From assembly GCA_964344435.1 (NCBI GenBank), contig CAYFNH010000002.1:851-64850 (forward strand): a stretch of DNA of 64,000 nt. Direction: 5' to 3'. Origin of the DNA: an uncultured Piscirickettsiaceae bacterium. GTDB lineage: Bacteria; Pseudomonadota; Gammaproteobacteria; GCF-002020875. Made by a program: the position numbers and the translations under genes. Below, piece by piece: positions 55,478 through 64,000 of this stretch. Positions within the stretch are counted from its first letter, which is position 1, and every line of letters begins with the position of its first letter. Under the pieces are notes generated by a model, which ran no database searches, had not been told where the DNA came from, and was given only the letters and a program-made list of their open reading frames with translations.

Positions 55478-57328
55478 ATGAACAGAATCAGTACCCTCTC
55501 TGTTGCCCTGTTGGCAACGGCTACCCCTTTTTCCTTGATGGCTGCCAGTGAACTGGAGCCGGTGATTGTGACCGCAACCCGTACCGCGCAAACGGTGGAT
55601 GAGAGCTTGGCGGCAGTCACAGTACTATCTCGCAACACCATCGAACAGAGCGGTGCAAGCAACCTAATGGAACTGCTAGCAGGTTATCCCGGAATCTATG
55701 TATCAGGTAAAGGTGGTGCTGGAACCGAGCAATCGATATTTTTGAGAGGGACAAACTCGGATGCTGTATTGGTACTGATTGATGGAATCAAATTGGGATC
55801 CGCTACCACTGGACAACCTTCTTTCGCCCATTATCCACTATCGAACATTGAAAAAATCGAGATAGTCCGCGGCCCACGTTCCGCAATTTACGGAAGTGGA
55901 GCAATTGGTGGGGTAATCCAGATTTTCACAACAAAAGGTTCCACAAATAATAAAACGATCACAACACTTGGGGTAGGCTCACTCGACACACACAAAATAT
56001 CTATTACAAACAGTGGATCAATACCACAACTAAATTACTCTTTTACAGCAAGTCATTTCAGAACAGAAGGAATTACCTCTAAATTGGGTGAAAGTGGAAC
56101 CGAAGCCGATCGGGACGGGTATGAAAACAACTCATTCGGTCTATCTCTTAGCAGCTACCTATCGGATTACACAGACATTTCCGTTCAATGGATGTATGCC
56201 AATGGAGAGGTTCAACTGGATGACCACCAATATGATGCACCAGGCGGAGCCTATTCTGATACCCTGCAACAATCTATTGGTACAACTCTGAATCACCAGG
56301 TCAGTGAACACTGGGACAGTAAACTTAAAATCGGTTATGTAGAAGACCTTTCTCAGACCTATGACAGTAACCCATCCACTATTGATACCTATAGAACCTC
56401 TGCCACCTGGCAAAATGATCTTTACATCGATGACAACACAATAACCCTTGGCGTTGATCATACTCAAGACAAGATCTCTTCTACAAAAAATTACTCTAAC
56501 AACCGTGTGCAGGAGGATGCCCTGTTTGGTCAGTACCAAACCAAGACCTATAACGGAGACTGGTTACTCGCATTTCGACACATTGATAACAACAGCTTTG
56601 GCTCACACAACACTGGCAATATCGAGTACGGGACAGAAATCTTTGACCACTTAAGAGTTACTGCTGCATATGGTGAAGCATTCCATGCACCAGATATCAA
56701 TGATCTTTACTGGCCTGTTCTAGGCAACACCTCCCTTTCTCCAGAAACATCTAAAACATACGAGATCGGTTTCAGATTCAATATTTTTTCTGCCAAATGG
56801 AAAACTTCACTCTATCGAACTACGATAAAGAACTTGATCGAGTGGGCTGATTCTGGAAGCGACCTTGATGGAGATGGATGGGATGACTGGATTCCCAGCA
56901 ATGTAGGTAAAGCGCGGATTAAGGGCATTGAGGTTGAGGCCGAAACCTCGATCAGCGGTTGGGACAGCCTGCTATCTCTCTCCTACATAGACCACAAAGA
57001 TACCACTGTAAACAAAAGACTCATTCGAAGACCCATGTGGTCATACCGAGCTGCTGCCGACAAGCAGTACAACGAATATACATTTGGTTTAGCACTGCAT
57101 GGTCAATCTTCCGCTTTCGACGACAAGAACAACACCAGAACACTGGGAGGGTATACCTTGGTTGACACCTATATTAGGTACATGATGAATCCACAAACAA
57201 CTTTAAACGCTACAGTAACCAACCTCTCAAACCGGCAATACACACATGCCCTAGACAGTTCTACTCCCAGAAAAGCATATAATGCTCCTGATCGTGAGTT
57301 GATGTTATCGGTAAACTACGAGTTTTAA
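55478..57328 (+). CDS. btuB: TonB-dependent vitamin B12 receptor
   Basis: 616 aa. Signal peptide, TonB box EPVIVTATR, plug domain, 22-strand barrel, C-terminal aromatic residue (…SVNYEF). Confidence 0.88.
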   Translation: MNRISTLSVALLATATPFSLMAASELEPVIVTATRTAQTVDESLAAVTVLSRNTIEQSGASNLMELLAGYPGIYVSGKGGAGTEQSIFLRGTNSDAVLVLIDGIKLGSATTGQPSFAHYPLSNIEKIEIVRGPRSAIYGSGAIGGVIQIFTTKGSTNNKTITTLGVGSLDTHKISITNSGSIPQLNYSFTASHFRTEGITSKLGESGTEADRDGYENNSFGLSLSSYLSDYTDISVQWMYANGEVQLDDHQYDAPGGAYSDTLQQSIGTTLNHQVSEHWDSKLKIGYVEDLSQTYDSNPSTIDTYRTSATWQNDLYIDDNTITLGVDHTQDKISSTKNYSNNRVQEDALFGQYQTKTYNGDWLLAFRHIDNNSFGSHNTGNIEYGTEIFDHLRVTAAYGEAFHAPDINDLYWPVLGNTSLSPETSKTYEIGFRFNIFSAKWKTSLYRTTIKNLIEWADSGSDLDGDGWDDWIPSNVGKARIKGIEVEAETSISGWDSLLSLSYIDHKDTTVNKRLIRRPMWSYRAAADKQYNEYTFGLALHGQSSAFDDKNNTRTLGGYTLVDTYIRYMMNPQTTLNATVTNLSNRQYTHALDSSTPRKAYNAPDRELMLSVNYEF

Positions 57329-57352
57329 TAGGCAACAGACCTCATTGACGAG

Positions 57353-58276
57353 ATGGTTAACTATTTTCCTTCCAAGCAAAGCCATTTCGCCTTTCATACG
57401 CGTGCCCTCTATCTGTTTATCACGCTCTCCGTCCTGATCCATGGGTTCATACTATACAACTGGAAAGAGCCTCTCCAATTCGACTTCGGGGGGCAACAAC
57501 TCAATCAGCAGACCCTACAAATTGCGCTGCGTACACCTACCCCCAGACATGTCGAAGTTGAACCTGCTGAGAAACCGGTAGAGCAGGCTGTTGAGCCTCC
57601 GCCCCCCCCTGTGGAAGAGGTGGCAGTCAAACAGGAACAGTCGGTAGAGGTCATTGAAGAGCCACCCCCGCAACCTGAACCTAAACCTGATCCTGATCCT
57701 GAGCCTGAGCCTGAGTCTGAGCCTGAGCCTGAGCCTCAAGTCATTCAACAACCCTCTCCTCCTGCACCCAAACCAAAAAAACAGCACGTTCCCTTTCAAC
57801 AGAAGAAGGCAGTAAAACCGGTTACAACCAAGCCGGTTAAATCAGTCGCAGCTGAAAAGGTGATTGATCCGACTCCGGTCAAACCAGTAACAGATCCCAA
57901 ACCTGCCCCCAAATCAGCTCCTGAAGAAAAGACTGCAGAAGAGCCCGAAACCAAGCTCAACGAGAGCGAAGCCACCCAACAATCCATCGCCATGATCCGC
58001 CGTCTGATTCAAGGTGAGCTCGGGCGGCACTTTCAATACCCCAGGGTGGCACGCCGTCGTGGATGGGAGGGGAAGGTACAGCTTGAATTTACCGTACTAC
58101 CGGATGGAGCAATCACCAACATCCGCATCATGCAGGGCAGCCAGTATAAAATACTGGATCGTTCTGCCGTGAATACCATGACCCGTATCCACCACCTCAA
58201 GCAGATCTCCGAGGGGATGCTGCGTGCCCCTGTGCGCATGGAGATCCCGATCATCTATCAACTCAGCAACCGTTAA
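57353..58276 (+). CDS. tonB: energy transducer TonB
   Basis: N-terminal TM anchor, Pro/Glu-rich spacer with (EP)n and (PK) repeats, conserved C-terminal TonB domain. Confidence 0.85.
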   Translation: MVNYFPSKQSHFAFHTRALYLFITLSVLIHGFILYNWKEPLQFDFGGQQLNQQTLQIALRTPTPRHVEVEPAEKPVEQAVEPPPPPVEEVAVKQEQSVEVIEEPPPQPEPKPDPDPEPEPESEPEPEPQVIQQPSPPAPKPKKQHVPFQQKKAVKPVTTKPVKSVAAEKVIDPTPVKPVTDPKPAPKSAPEEKTAEEPETKLNESEATQQSIAMIRRLIQGELGRHFQYPRVARRRGWEGKVQLEFTVLPDGAITNIRIMQGSQYKILDRSAVNTMTRIHHLKQISEGMLRAPVRMEIPIIYQLSNR

Positions 58277-58280
58277 TACC

Positions 58281-58877
58281 ATGTCCAAAGAAGAGAACCA
58301 CAAACAACGCATGCAACGTAAAAAGGCGGTGATTGATGCCTCCATCGCCAAGGCCGACCGTGAACAAGGGGTACTCCTGGTACTGACCGGCAACGGCAAG
58401 GGCAAGTCCAGCTCGGCCTTTGGCATGGTGGCACGTGCACTGGGGCATGGACTACGTGTCGGTGTGGCGCAGTTTATCAAGGGTAGCTCCGATACCGGTG
58501 AGGAGGCCTTTTTCAACCAACACCCCAACGTCAGCTGGCATGTACTGGGCGAGGGCTTCACCTGGGAGACACAGAATCTTGCTCAGGATATTGAAACCGC
58601 TCGGAAGGGGTGGGCCGTGGTCAAAGAGATGCTGGACGACGACTCCGTTGATCTGATCGTGCTCGATGAGCTCACCTATCCACTCAAATATGGCTGGCTT
58701 GATCTCGACACCATATTAAACGACCTCAAGGGGCGCCCTCCAATGCAACATGTGGTGATCACCGGCCGTGGTGCACCGGATGCTCTCTGCGAGGCCGCAG
58801 ACACGGTCACTGACCTGAAGGATGTCAAGCATGCCTACCGTGCTGGAATCAAGGCTCAGCAAGGGATTGACCTGTAA
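58281..58877 (+). CDS. btuR: cob(I)yrinic acid a,c-diamide adenosyltransferase
   Basis: GVLLVLTGNGKGKSSSAFGMVARALGHGLRVGVAQFIKG P-loop is the CobA/CobO/BtuR signature. ATG at 58281 inside track ORF 58224..58877. Confidence 0.88.
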   Translation: MSKEENHKQRMQRKKAVIDASIAKADREQGVLLVLTGNGKGKSSSAFGMVARALGHGLRVGVAQFIKGSSDTGEEAFFNQHPNVSWHVLGEGFTWETQNLAQDIETARKGWAVVKEMLDDDSVDLIVLDELTYPLKYGWLDLDTILNDLKGRPPMQHVVITGRGAPDALCEAADTVTDLKDVKHAYRAGIKAQQGIDL

Positions 58878-58938
58878 TCCCACTCAATCATGGAGAGGAA
58901 ATTGATACAATTTTGCTCCAGCAACCAATGAGAATATT

Positions 58939-59712
58939 ATGAGTAACAAACAACCTGTAATTCTGATCGGTGCCGGTGAGATGGGCGGTGTATTCGCCCG
59001 TGGACTGCTGCGTGCCGGTTATCCCGTCCATCCGGTCACCCGCAAGATCTCGCTGGAGGAGACCGCCAACACGATTCCCGATCCGGAGTTTGTACTGGTG
59101 AGTGTAGCCGAAGGGGATCTCCACCCAGTACTGGAGCAGATTCCGGCTGCATGGCGTGACCGTCTGGTACTGCTGCAAAATGAGCTTCTGCCCCGCGACT
59201 GGAAGCAGCATGGCCTCGACAACCCCACCGTGATCTCGGTCTGGTTTGAGAAGAAAAAGGGGATGGACTTCAAGGTGATCATCCCCTCTCCAGTGCTTGG
59301 CCCACACGCCCAGACCATTGCTGATGCACTCGCCACCCTGGAGATCAGCAGCAAGGTGCTGACCACCGATAGCGAACTGCTGCTGGAGCTGGTGCTGAAG
59401 AATGTCTACATCCTCACCACCAACATTGCCGGGCTCAAGGTGGGCGGCACGGTGGGTGAACTCTGGGAGAATCATGAAGAGTTTGCTCGTACGGTAGCCA
59501 ACGAGGTGATCGATCTGCAAGAGTGGCTGACTGGTGAGAAGCTGGATCGCGAGGCGCTGATCAACGGTATGGTGAGCGCTTTCAACGGGGATCCAAACCA
59601 TGGCTGCATGGGACGTAGTGCCCCGGCAAGGCTACAACGGGCGCTACAACAGGCCGCTGAGGCTGGGCTCTCACTGCCCACACTGGAACAGATCCGCGCG
59701 CTCAATGAGTGA
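58939..59712 (+). CDS. NAD(P)-binding Rossmann-fold protein (ketopantoate-reductase/ApbA N-terminal-like)
   Basis: VILIGAGEMGGVFARGLLRAGYPV dinucleotide-binding motif; 257 aa. Confidence 0.45.
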   Translation: MSNKQPVILIGAGEMGGVFARGLLRAGYPVHPVTRKISLEETANTIPDPEFVLVSVAEGDLHPVLEQIPAAWRDRLVLLQNELLPRDWKQHGLDNPTVISVWFEKKKGMDFKVIIPSPVLGPHAQTIADALATLEISSKVLTTDSELLLELVLKNVYILTTNIAGLKVGGTVGELWENHEEFARTVANEVIDLQEWLTGEKLDREALINGMVSAFNGDPNHGCMGRSAPARLQRALQQAAEAGLSLPTLEQIRALNE

Positions 59713-60841
59713 GCTGAACCACGCCGCAGAGGCCCGTCACGCCACCCTCATCGGGGCATTGATCAATCTGCTGCTGAGTGGATTGAAAATCGTGGTCGGC
59801 ACCGTGGGGAACTCTCACTCACTGGTTGCCGATGGGGTGCACTCCCTCTCTGATCTGATCTCTGACGTGATGGTGCTCTACGGAACCCACCATGGCAACC
59901 AGGAGGCTGATGAAGCACACCCGTATGGCCATGGACGCATCGAGACCTTGATCACAGTTGCTGTCGGCCTGTTACTGATCGCCATCGCCATCGGCATTGC
60001 ACTGAATGCGATTGACCACCTCTTTAATCCACAAACCCTGTCACAGCCCGGGAGCATGGTTCTAATCGCGGCGGCACTCTCCATTCTGTTCAAGGAGGGG
60101 CTCTACCACTACACCATGAGAGTGGCCACGCGCATCCGCTCCAAACTGCTACGCGCCAATGCCTGGCACCATCGCACCGATGCGCTCTCTTCCGTGGTGG
60201 TACTGATTGGCGTCAGCGGTACCCTGGCCGGCCTGGAATATCTGGATGCCATCGCCGCTGTGCTGGTGGCGGTGATGATTGCCCATGCCGGATTCGAACT
60301 GGGGTGGGAGTCGATTCAGGAGCTGATCGATACCGGACTGGAGCAGGAGCAACTGGAGCAGGTACGAGTGCAGATCCATCATGTGGAAGGGGTACGGGCC
60401 ATGCACCGGCTGCGTACCCGCCGCATGGGGGCGAATGTACTGGTCGATGTCCATATTCTGGTCGACCCCCGTCTCAGTGTCTCTGAAGGTCACAAAATTG
60501 CTGACCATGTAGAGATGACACTCTATCAGGAGATCAGGGATGTCACTGATGTTACCGTTCATATCGACCCGGAAAACGATGAACAAAATCACCCCTGTAC
60601 CGACCTGCCGATGCGCAGTGAACTGATTGAACGGCTCACTACCTGCTGGGCCGACATCCCGGAGAGCCGCTATATTGAAGACTACACCCTCCACTATCTC
60701 GATGGGGAGCTGGATCTGGAGGTGTGGATACCACTATCCAAAATGGATTCGCTTTCCGAGGCTACTTCACTACAGCAGCGCATGAGCCACTGCCTCTCCG
60801 ACGACCTGCAGATCAAACGGGTACGCCCACTCTTCTTCTGA
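59705..60841 (+). CDS. cation diffusion facilitator (CDF) family transporter with extended C-terminal domain
   Basis: 6-TM CDF core with HSLxxD...HxxxD metal sites (HSLSDLISD, HRTDAL), plus a ~90-aa extra C-terminal segment. ATG 59705 inside track ORF 59600..60841. Confidence 0.8.
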   Translation: MSELNHAAEARHATLIGALINLLLSGLKIVVGTVGNSHSLVADGVHSLSDLISDVMVLYGTHHGNQEADEAHPYGHGRIETLITVAVGLLLIAIAIGIALNAIDHLFNPQTLSQPGSMVLIAAALSILFKEGLYHYTMRVATRIRSKLLRANAWHHRTDALSSVVVLIGVSGTLAGLEYLDAIAAVLVAVMIAHAGFELGWESIQELIDTGLEQEQLEQVRVQIHHVEGVRAMHRLRTRRMGANVLVDVHILVDPRLSVSEGHKIADHVEMTLYQEIRDVTDVTVHIDPENDEQNHPCTDLPMRSELIERLTTCWADIPESRYIEDYTLHYLDGELDLEVWIPLSKMDSLSEATSLQQRMSHCLSDDLQIKRVRPLFF

Positions 60842-60848
60842 CCAGATC

Positions 60849-61763
60849 ATGCTGGAAATTCTGATCCCGATGGCCTCGTTGATTCTGGTCGGTTCACTGT
60901 GGCGACCACTGCAGCCGATGGGGCTGGATGCAGACACCACCCGCCGATCTCTCACCGGACTGGTCTATGTACTACTACTGCCGGCACTGGTACTGGATGT
61001 GCTGTGGAAGGCCCCACTGGGAGTCGACTCCTTGCGCATCATCCTGATGGCAGCCTTCAGCGTGGTCAGTGCCGCACTTATCAGTACACTGGTTTTTCGC
61101 CGTCAGTGGGTTGCCGACCCCGCACGGGGTGCGCTCATCCTCGCTGCTGCCTGGGGCAATGTCACCTACCTGGGGCTGCCGGTACTGGAGCAGACCTTCG
61201 GCACTGCGTTTCGCAGCGTCGCCCTGCAGTTTGACCTGTTTGCCAACACTCCGCTGCTGCTCACCCTGGGAGTCTGGGTCGCACAGCGTCACGGCCAAGG
61301 TGTAGAGCCACGCAGTGCCGCTGCCGAGATCGCCCGGGTACCTGCCGTCTGGGCCGCCATTGCAGGGGTACTGCTCAACTTGAACCAGATCCCCAGCCCG
61401 GAGGGGCTGACAACCGTACTCAAACTGCTGGGCAATTCGGTACCTCCGCTGATGCTGCTGGCGCTGGGCATGGGGCTGCGCTGGGATGTACTGCAGTGGC
61501 GTGTTCTGCCCGTACTGCTGCCGGTGGTGCTGATACAGCTACTGATCACCCCCTTTGTCATCTACTGGATCAGCCTCGGTGTGGGACTGGAGGGCGACCT
61601 GCGCAGTGCCGTCATCCTCGAGGCCGCCATGCCCACCATGGTGCTGGGCATGGTGATCTGTGACCGCTACCAGCTCGATACCGGTCTGTTTGCCGCAGCC
61701 ACCACCCTCTCCACCGCACTCTCTCTGCTGACACTGCCACTCTGGTACAGCTGGCTTGGCTGA
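60849..61763 (+). CDS. AEC (auxin efflux carrier) family transporter
   Basis: 304 aa, ~10 TM helices, two-repeat AEC topology. Confidence 0.75.
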   Translation: MLEILIPMASLILVGSLWRPLQPMGLDADTTRRSLTGLVYVLLLPALVLDVLWKAPLGVDSLRIILMAAFSVVSAALISTLVFRRQWVADPARGALILAAAWGNVTYLGLPVLEQTFGTAFRSVALQFDLFANTPLLLTLGVWVAQRHGQGVEPRSAAAEIARVPAVWAAIAGVLLNLNQIPSPEGLTTVLKLLGNSVPPLMLLALGMGLRWDVLQWRVLPVLLPVVLIQLLITPFVIYWISLGVGLEGDLRSAVILEAAMPTMVLGMVICDRYQLDTGLFAAATTLSTALSLLTLPLWYSWLG

Positions 61764-61806
61764 TTTATGATCCTCTCCATCAATCACAACAGAGGATGGA
61801 GAAACC

Positions 61807-62919
61807 ATGAAAGCACGTTTGCGTATCGCTGCAATCGCACTGGCGCTCGCTACTACTCTCAGCGGGTGCGGAGAGAATAACAACACTACTCAACAGAGCA
61901 CTGCACCGGCAGCTGCCAAGGAGAGCTACAACCTGCGTCTGGCCCACACCTGGCCCACCAATTTTCCGATCTTCGGGGATGCCATCCACAACATGGCAAA
62001 GATGGCCCACAAAATGTCCGATGGCCGCATCAACATCACCATCGACTCCAAGAACAAACACAAGGCTCCCCTCGGTATCTTCGATATGGTGAAGTCCGGT
62101 CAGTATGACATGGGCCACTCCGCCTCCTACTATTGGAAGGGCAAGGTTCCCAATACCCTCTTCTTTACCACCATGCCCTTCGGCATGACTGCACCAGAGC
62201 AGTACGCCTGGCGCTACTATGGTGGAGGTCAGGAGCTGGCGGAGAAGGTATATGCACCGCACAACCTGATCCCCTTCCCCGGTGGCAACACCAGCAACCA
62301 GATGGGTGGCTGGTTCCAGAAGGAGATCAACAGTATCGAAGATCTGCAGGGGCTGAAGATGCGGATCCCCGGTTTTGCCGGAGAAGTACTGGCCAAGGTA
62401 GGGGCCAAGCCAACCAATATCCCGGCGGGTGAGCTCTACACCGCATTGGAGCGCGGCACCATCGATGCTCTGGAGTGGGTTGGCCCCTCACTGGATCTGC
62501 GCATGGGGTTCCACAAGATCGCCCCCTACTACTACACCGGCTGGCACGAGCCCGCTACCGAGCTGCAGTTTTTGGTAAACAAGGAGAAGTGGAACAGCTT
62601 CCCGGCCGATATTCAGGAGATCCTGCGGGTGGCGATGCGTACTGCCGCGTATGACATGTACGCCCACTCCTACCATGAGAGCGCCAACAACTGGGCCTCG
62701 ATCCAGACCGAGTACCCCAATATTCAGGTCAAATCCTTCCCGGCAGAGGTACTGCAAGCGATGAAGCATGCCAACGACACCTTGATCGCGGAGCGGGCTG
62801 CTGCCGATCCACTGGCCAAGGAGATCATTGACTCACAATCCACCTACCTGACCAAGGCACGCGCATGGAGCAAGATCTCTGATCAGAGTTACTTCGAGAC
62901 CATGGAGGCGTTGAAATAA
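61807..62919 (+). CDS. TRAP transporter substrate-binding lipoprotein (DctP-type)
   Basis: Lipobox LSGC; DctP-like fold residues (…YDMGHSASYYWKGK…, …MRIPG…). Confidence 0.75.
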   Translation: MKARLRIAAIALALATTLSGCGENNNTTQQSTAPAAAKESYNLRLAHTWPTNFPIFGDAIHNMAKMAHKMSDGRINITIDSKNKHKAPLGIFDMVKSGQYDMGHSASYYWKGKVPNTLFFTTMPFGMTAPEQYAWRYYGGGQELAEKVYAPHNLIPFPGGNTSNQMGGWFQKEINSIEDLQGLKMRIPGFAGEVLAKVGAKPTNIPAGELYTALERGTIDALEWVGPSLDLRMGFHKIAPYYYTGWHEPATELQFLVNKEKWNSFPADIQEILRVAMRTAAYDMYAHSYHESANNWASIQTEYPNIQVKSFPAEVLQAMKHANDTLIAERAAADPLAKEIIDSQSTYLTKARAWSKISDQSYFETMEALK

Positions 62920-62988
62920 CCCAAAACACCCACCCCTCTCAGGCAGGTGAGGGGTGGGTGTCTGTCACCACAAGGGGCCTCCAGCCCA

Positions 62989-63987
62989 CTATCGGGACAG
63001 ATCGATATTAACGCCACGATCGAGTAGCTGCTGGGTTCTGGCTCCCAGATATTTGTAGAAGTCATCCGGATAACGCTGATAGTGGCGCTCAGCCACATAA
63101 CGCAGCACCTCTTCAAAATGGTAGCTGTAGAGCAGACCATCAATGCGGCGAATCTCCCTACCCTTGTCAAACAGTACAATCCCCGGTCGATAGGTCAGGC
63201 CGAGACTTTTTGCATACGCTCTGGCTGTGGTCTGCCGCCCCTCCACATCAATGAGTGGGGCCTCCGAAGCGGCATCGAGCCGCACTACGGTCATCTTCTC
63301 CAGTACCCCGGTGATCGCCGGATTCTTCAGGTGTCCATCATGCAGGGCATCGCAGGCATCACAACTGCTATCTTCAAACAGCAGTGCCAGCGGTCCTTCC
63401 ACCTGACTCAGATCCTCCATCACAGTAAACAGGGGGTGGTCACGCAGTTGATAGTGCACAGGTGCCTGCTGCTGTTCGATATAGTCGGCAAGCTTCATCT
63501 CGGTATATTTCTTCTGCTGCACATAGCGCAGAGCCTGGCCAAATTTCTCTACCGAACGATAACCGTTTAGTTTGAGCACCACCTGGTTCTCCTGATTGAG
63601 AAATACGGTGGTGGGGGTGTAGTTGACCTGCACCAGATCAGCCAGCTGCTTCTCGGTAACCGTCACCTCTTCATTGAAGGCAACCTCACGATCCCCCTTG
63701 ATGTTGATGGCGATAACCTCAAAGTGCTCACGGATCAAGTCGGTATCCAGTGAATGCTTGAAGTTCTCCTCAATCATCTTGTTGCAGTAGGGACAGCCAT
63801 TGAGGTACATGAAGAGGATGACATGCTTGTCTGCCTCCGCCGCCTCTCCCACATCCTCTGCGATATCGAGAAAGCTCTCCTTGAACCACTCCGGATGGTG
63901 AGACTGGATGCCTCCAGTCACCTTTCCGGTAGCCAGTGCGGCAGTTGAAATCAGTGCCACCAACAGTGTTGCAACCCATCTACTCAT
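62989..63987 (-). CDS. periplasmic thioredoxin-fold protein (CPYC motif, two Trx-like domains)
   Basis: Signal peptide; NGCPYCNKM thioredoxin active-site motif; second Trx-like half contains CDAC. Confidence 0.65.
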   Translation of the reverse strand: MSRWVATLLVALISTAALATGKVTGGIQSHHPEWFKESFLDIAEDVGEAAEADKHVILFMYLNGCPYCNKMIEENFKHSLDTDLIREHFEVIAINIKGDREVAFNEEVTVTEKQLADLVQVNYTPTTVFLNQENQVVLKLNGYRSVEKFGQALRYVQQKKYTEMKLADYIEQQQAPVHYQLRDHPLFTVMEDLSQVEGPLALLFEDSSCDACDALHDGHLKNPAITGVLEKMTVVRLDAASEAPLIDVEGRQTTARAYAKSLGLTYRPGIVLFDKGREIRRIDGLLYSYHFEEVLRYVAERHYQRYPDDFYKYLGARTQQLLDRGVNIDLSR

Positions 63988-64000
63988 CCTTAATCTCCTC

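Noticed and set aside
55137-55478. 113-aa minus-strand ORF
   Set aside because: It overlaps the cobalamin riboswitch and btuB leader, which are far better explanations for this conserved-looking sequence.

Overview
High-GC (~58%) proteobacterial chromosomal window. Gene order (metK / SAH-riboswitch-like leader / ahcY / metF; pyrR-pyrB-pyrC'; gshA-gshB) looks gamma- or betaproteobacterial. Most of the window is housekeeping. Identified genes: methionine/SAM cycle (metK, ahcY, metF, metH), glutathione (gshA-like, gshB), pyrimidine (pyrR, pyrB, inactive dihydroorotase-like pyrC', pyrK-like), thiamine (thiD, thiE), hemL, recQ, sppA, ubiX, mpl, tRNA-Phe, a B12 uptake cluster (btuF-btuD-btuC opposite cobalamin-riboswitch-btuB-tonB-btuR), and several sensory proteins (MCP, hybrid kinases, GGDEF, HD-GYP). 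Accessory or unusual content: (1) a gene pair resembling the magnetosome mms6-mmsF module (Ala/Lys/Thr-rich protein with TIWxGKG, an (LG)n repeat, a TM helix and an acidic tail, followed by a DUF4870/MamF-MmsF-like 3-TM protein), preceded by two tandem orphan OmpR-family response regulators and a (CTTTTT)5 microsatellite; (2) two paralogous single-pass membrane proteins with an N-terminal L7/L12-CTD/ClpS-like domain, flanking a ychJ (SEC-C motif) gene downstream of metH; (3) a ~238-bp MITE with ~20-bp terminal inverted repeats, present in two ~96% identical copies; (4) a large PAS-HisKA-HATPase-REC-HD-GYP gene split into three ORFs by two frameshifts, each at a G7 homopolymer; (5) a second sensor kinase with an in-frame amber codon after its first TM helix; (6) two type II TA pairs (DUF4258/DUF2283 and VapC/Phd); (7) a recurring 'TCTTTGCG' tandem motif near met/gsh genes. 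No CRISPR array or rRNA genes.
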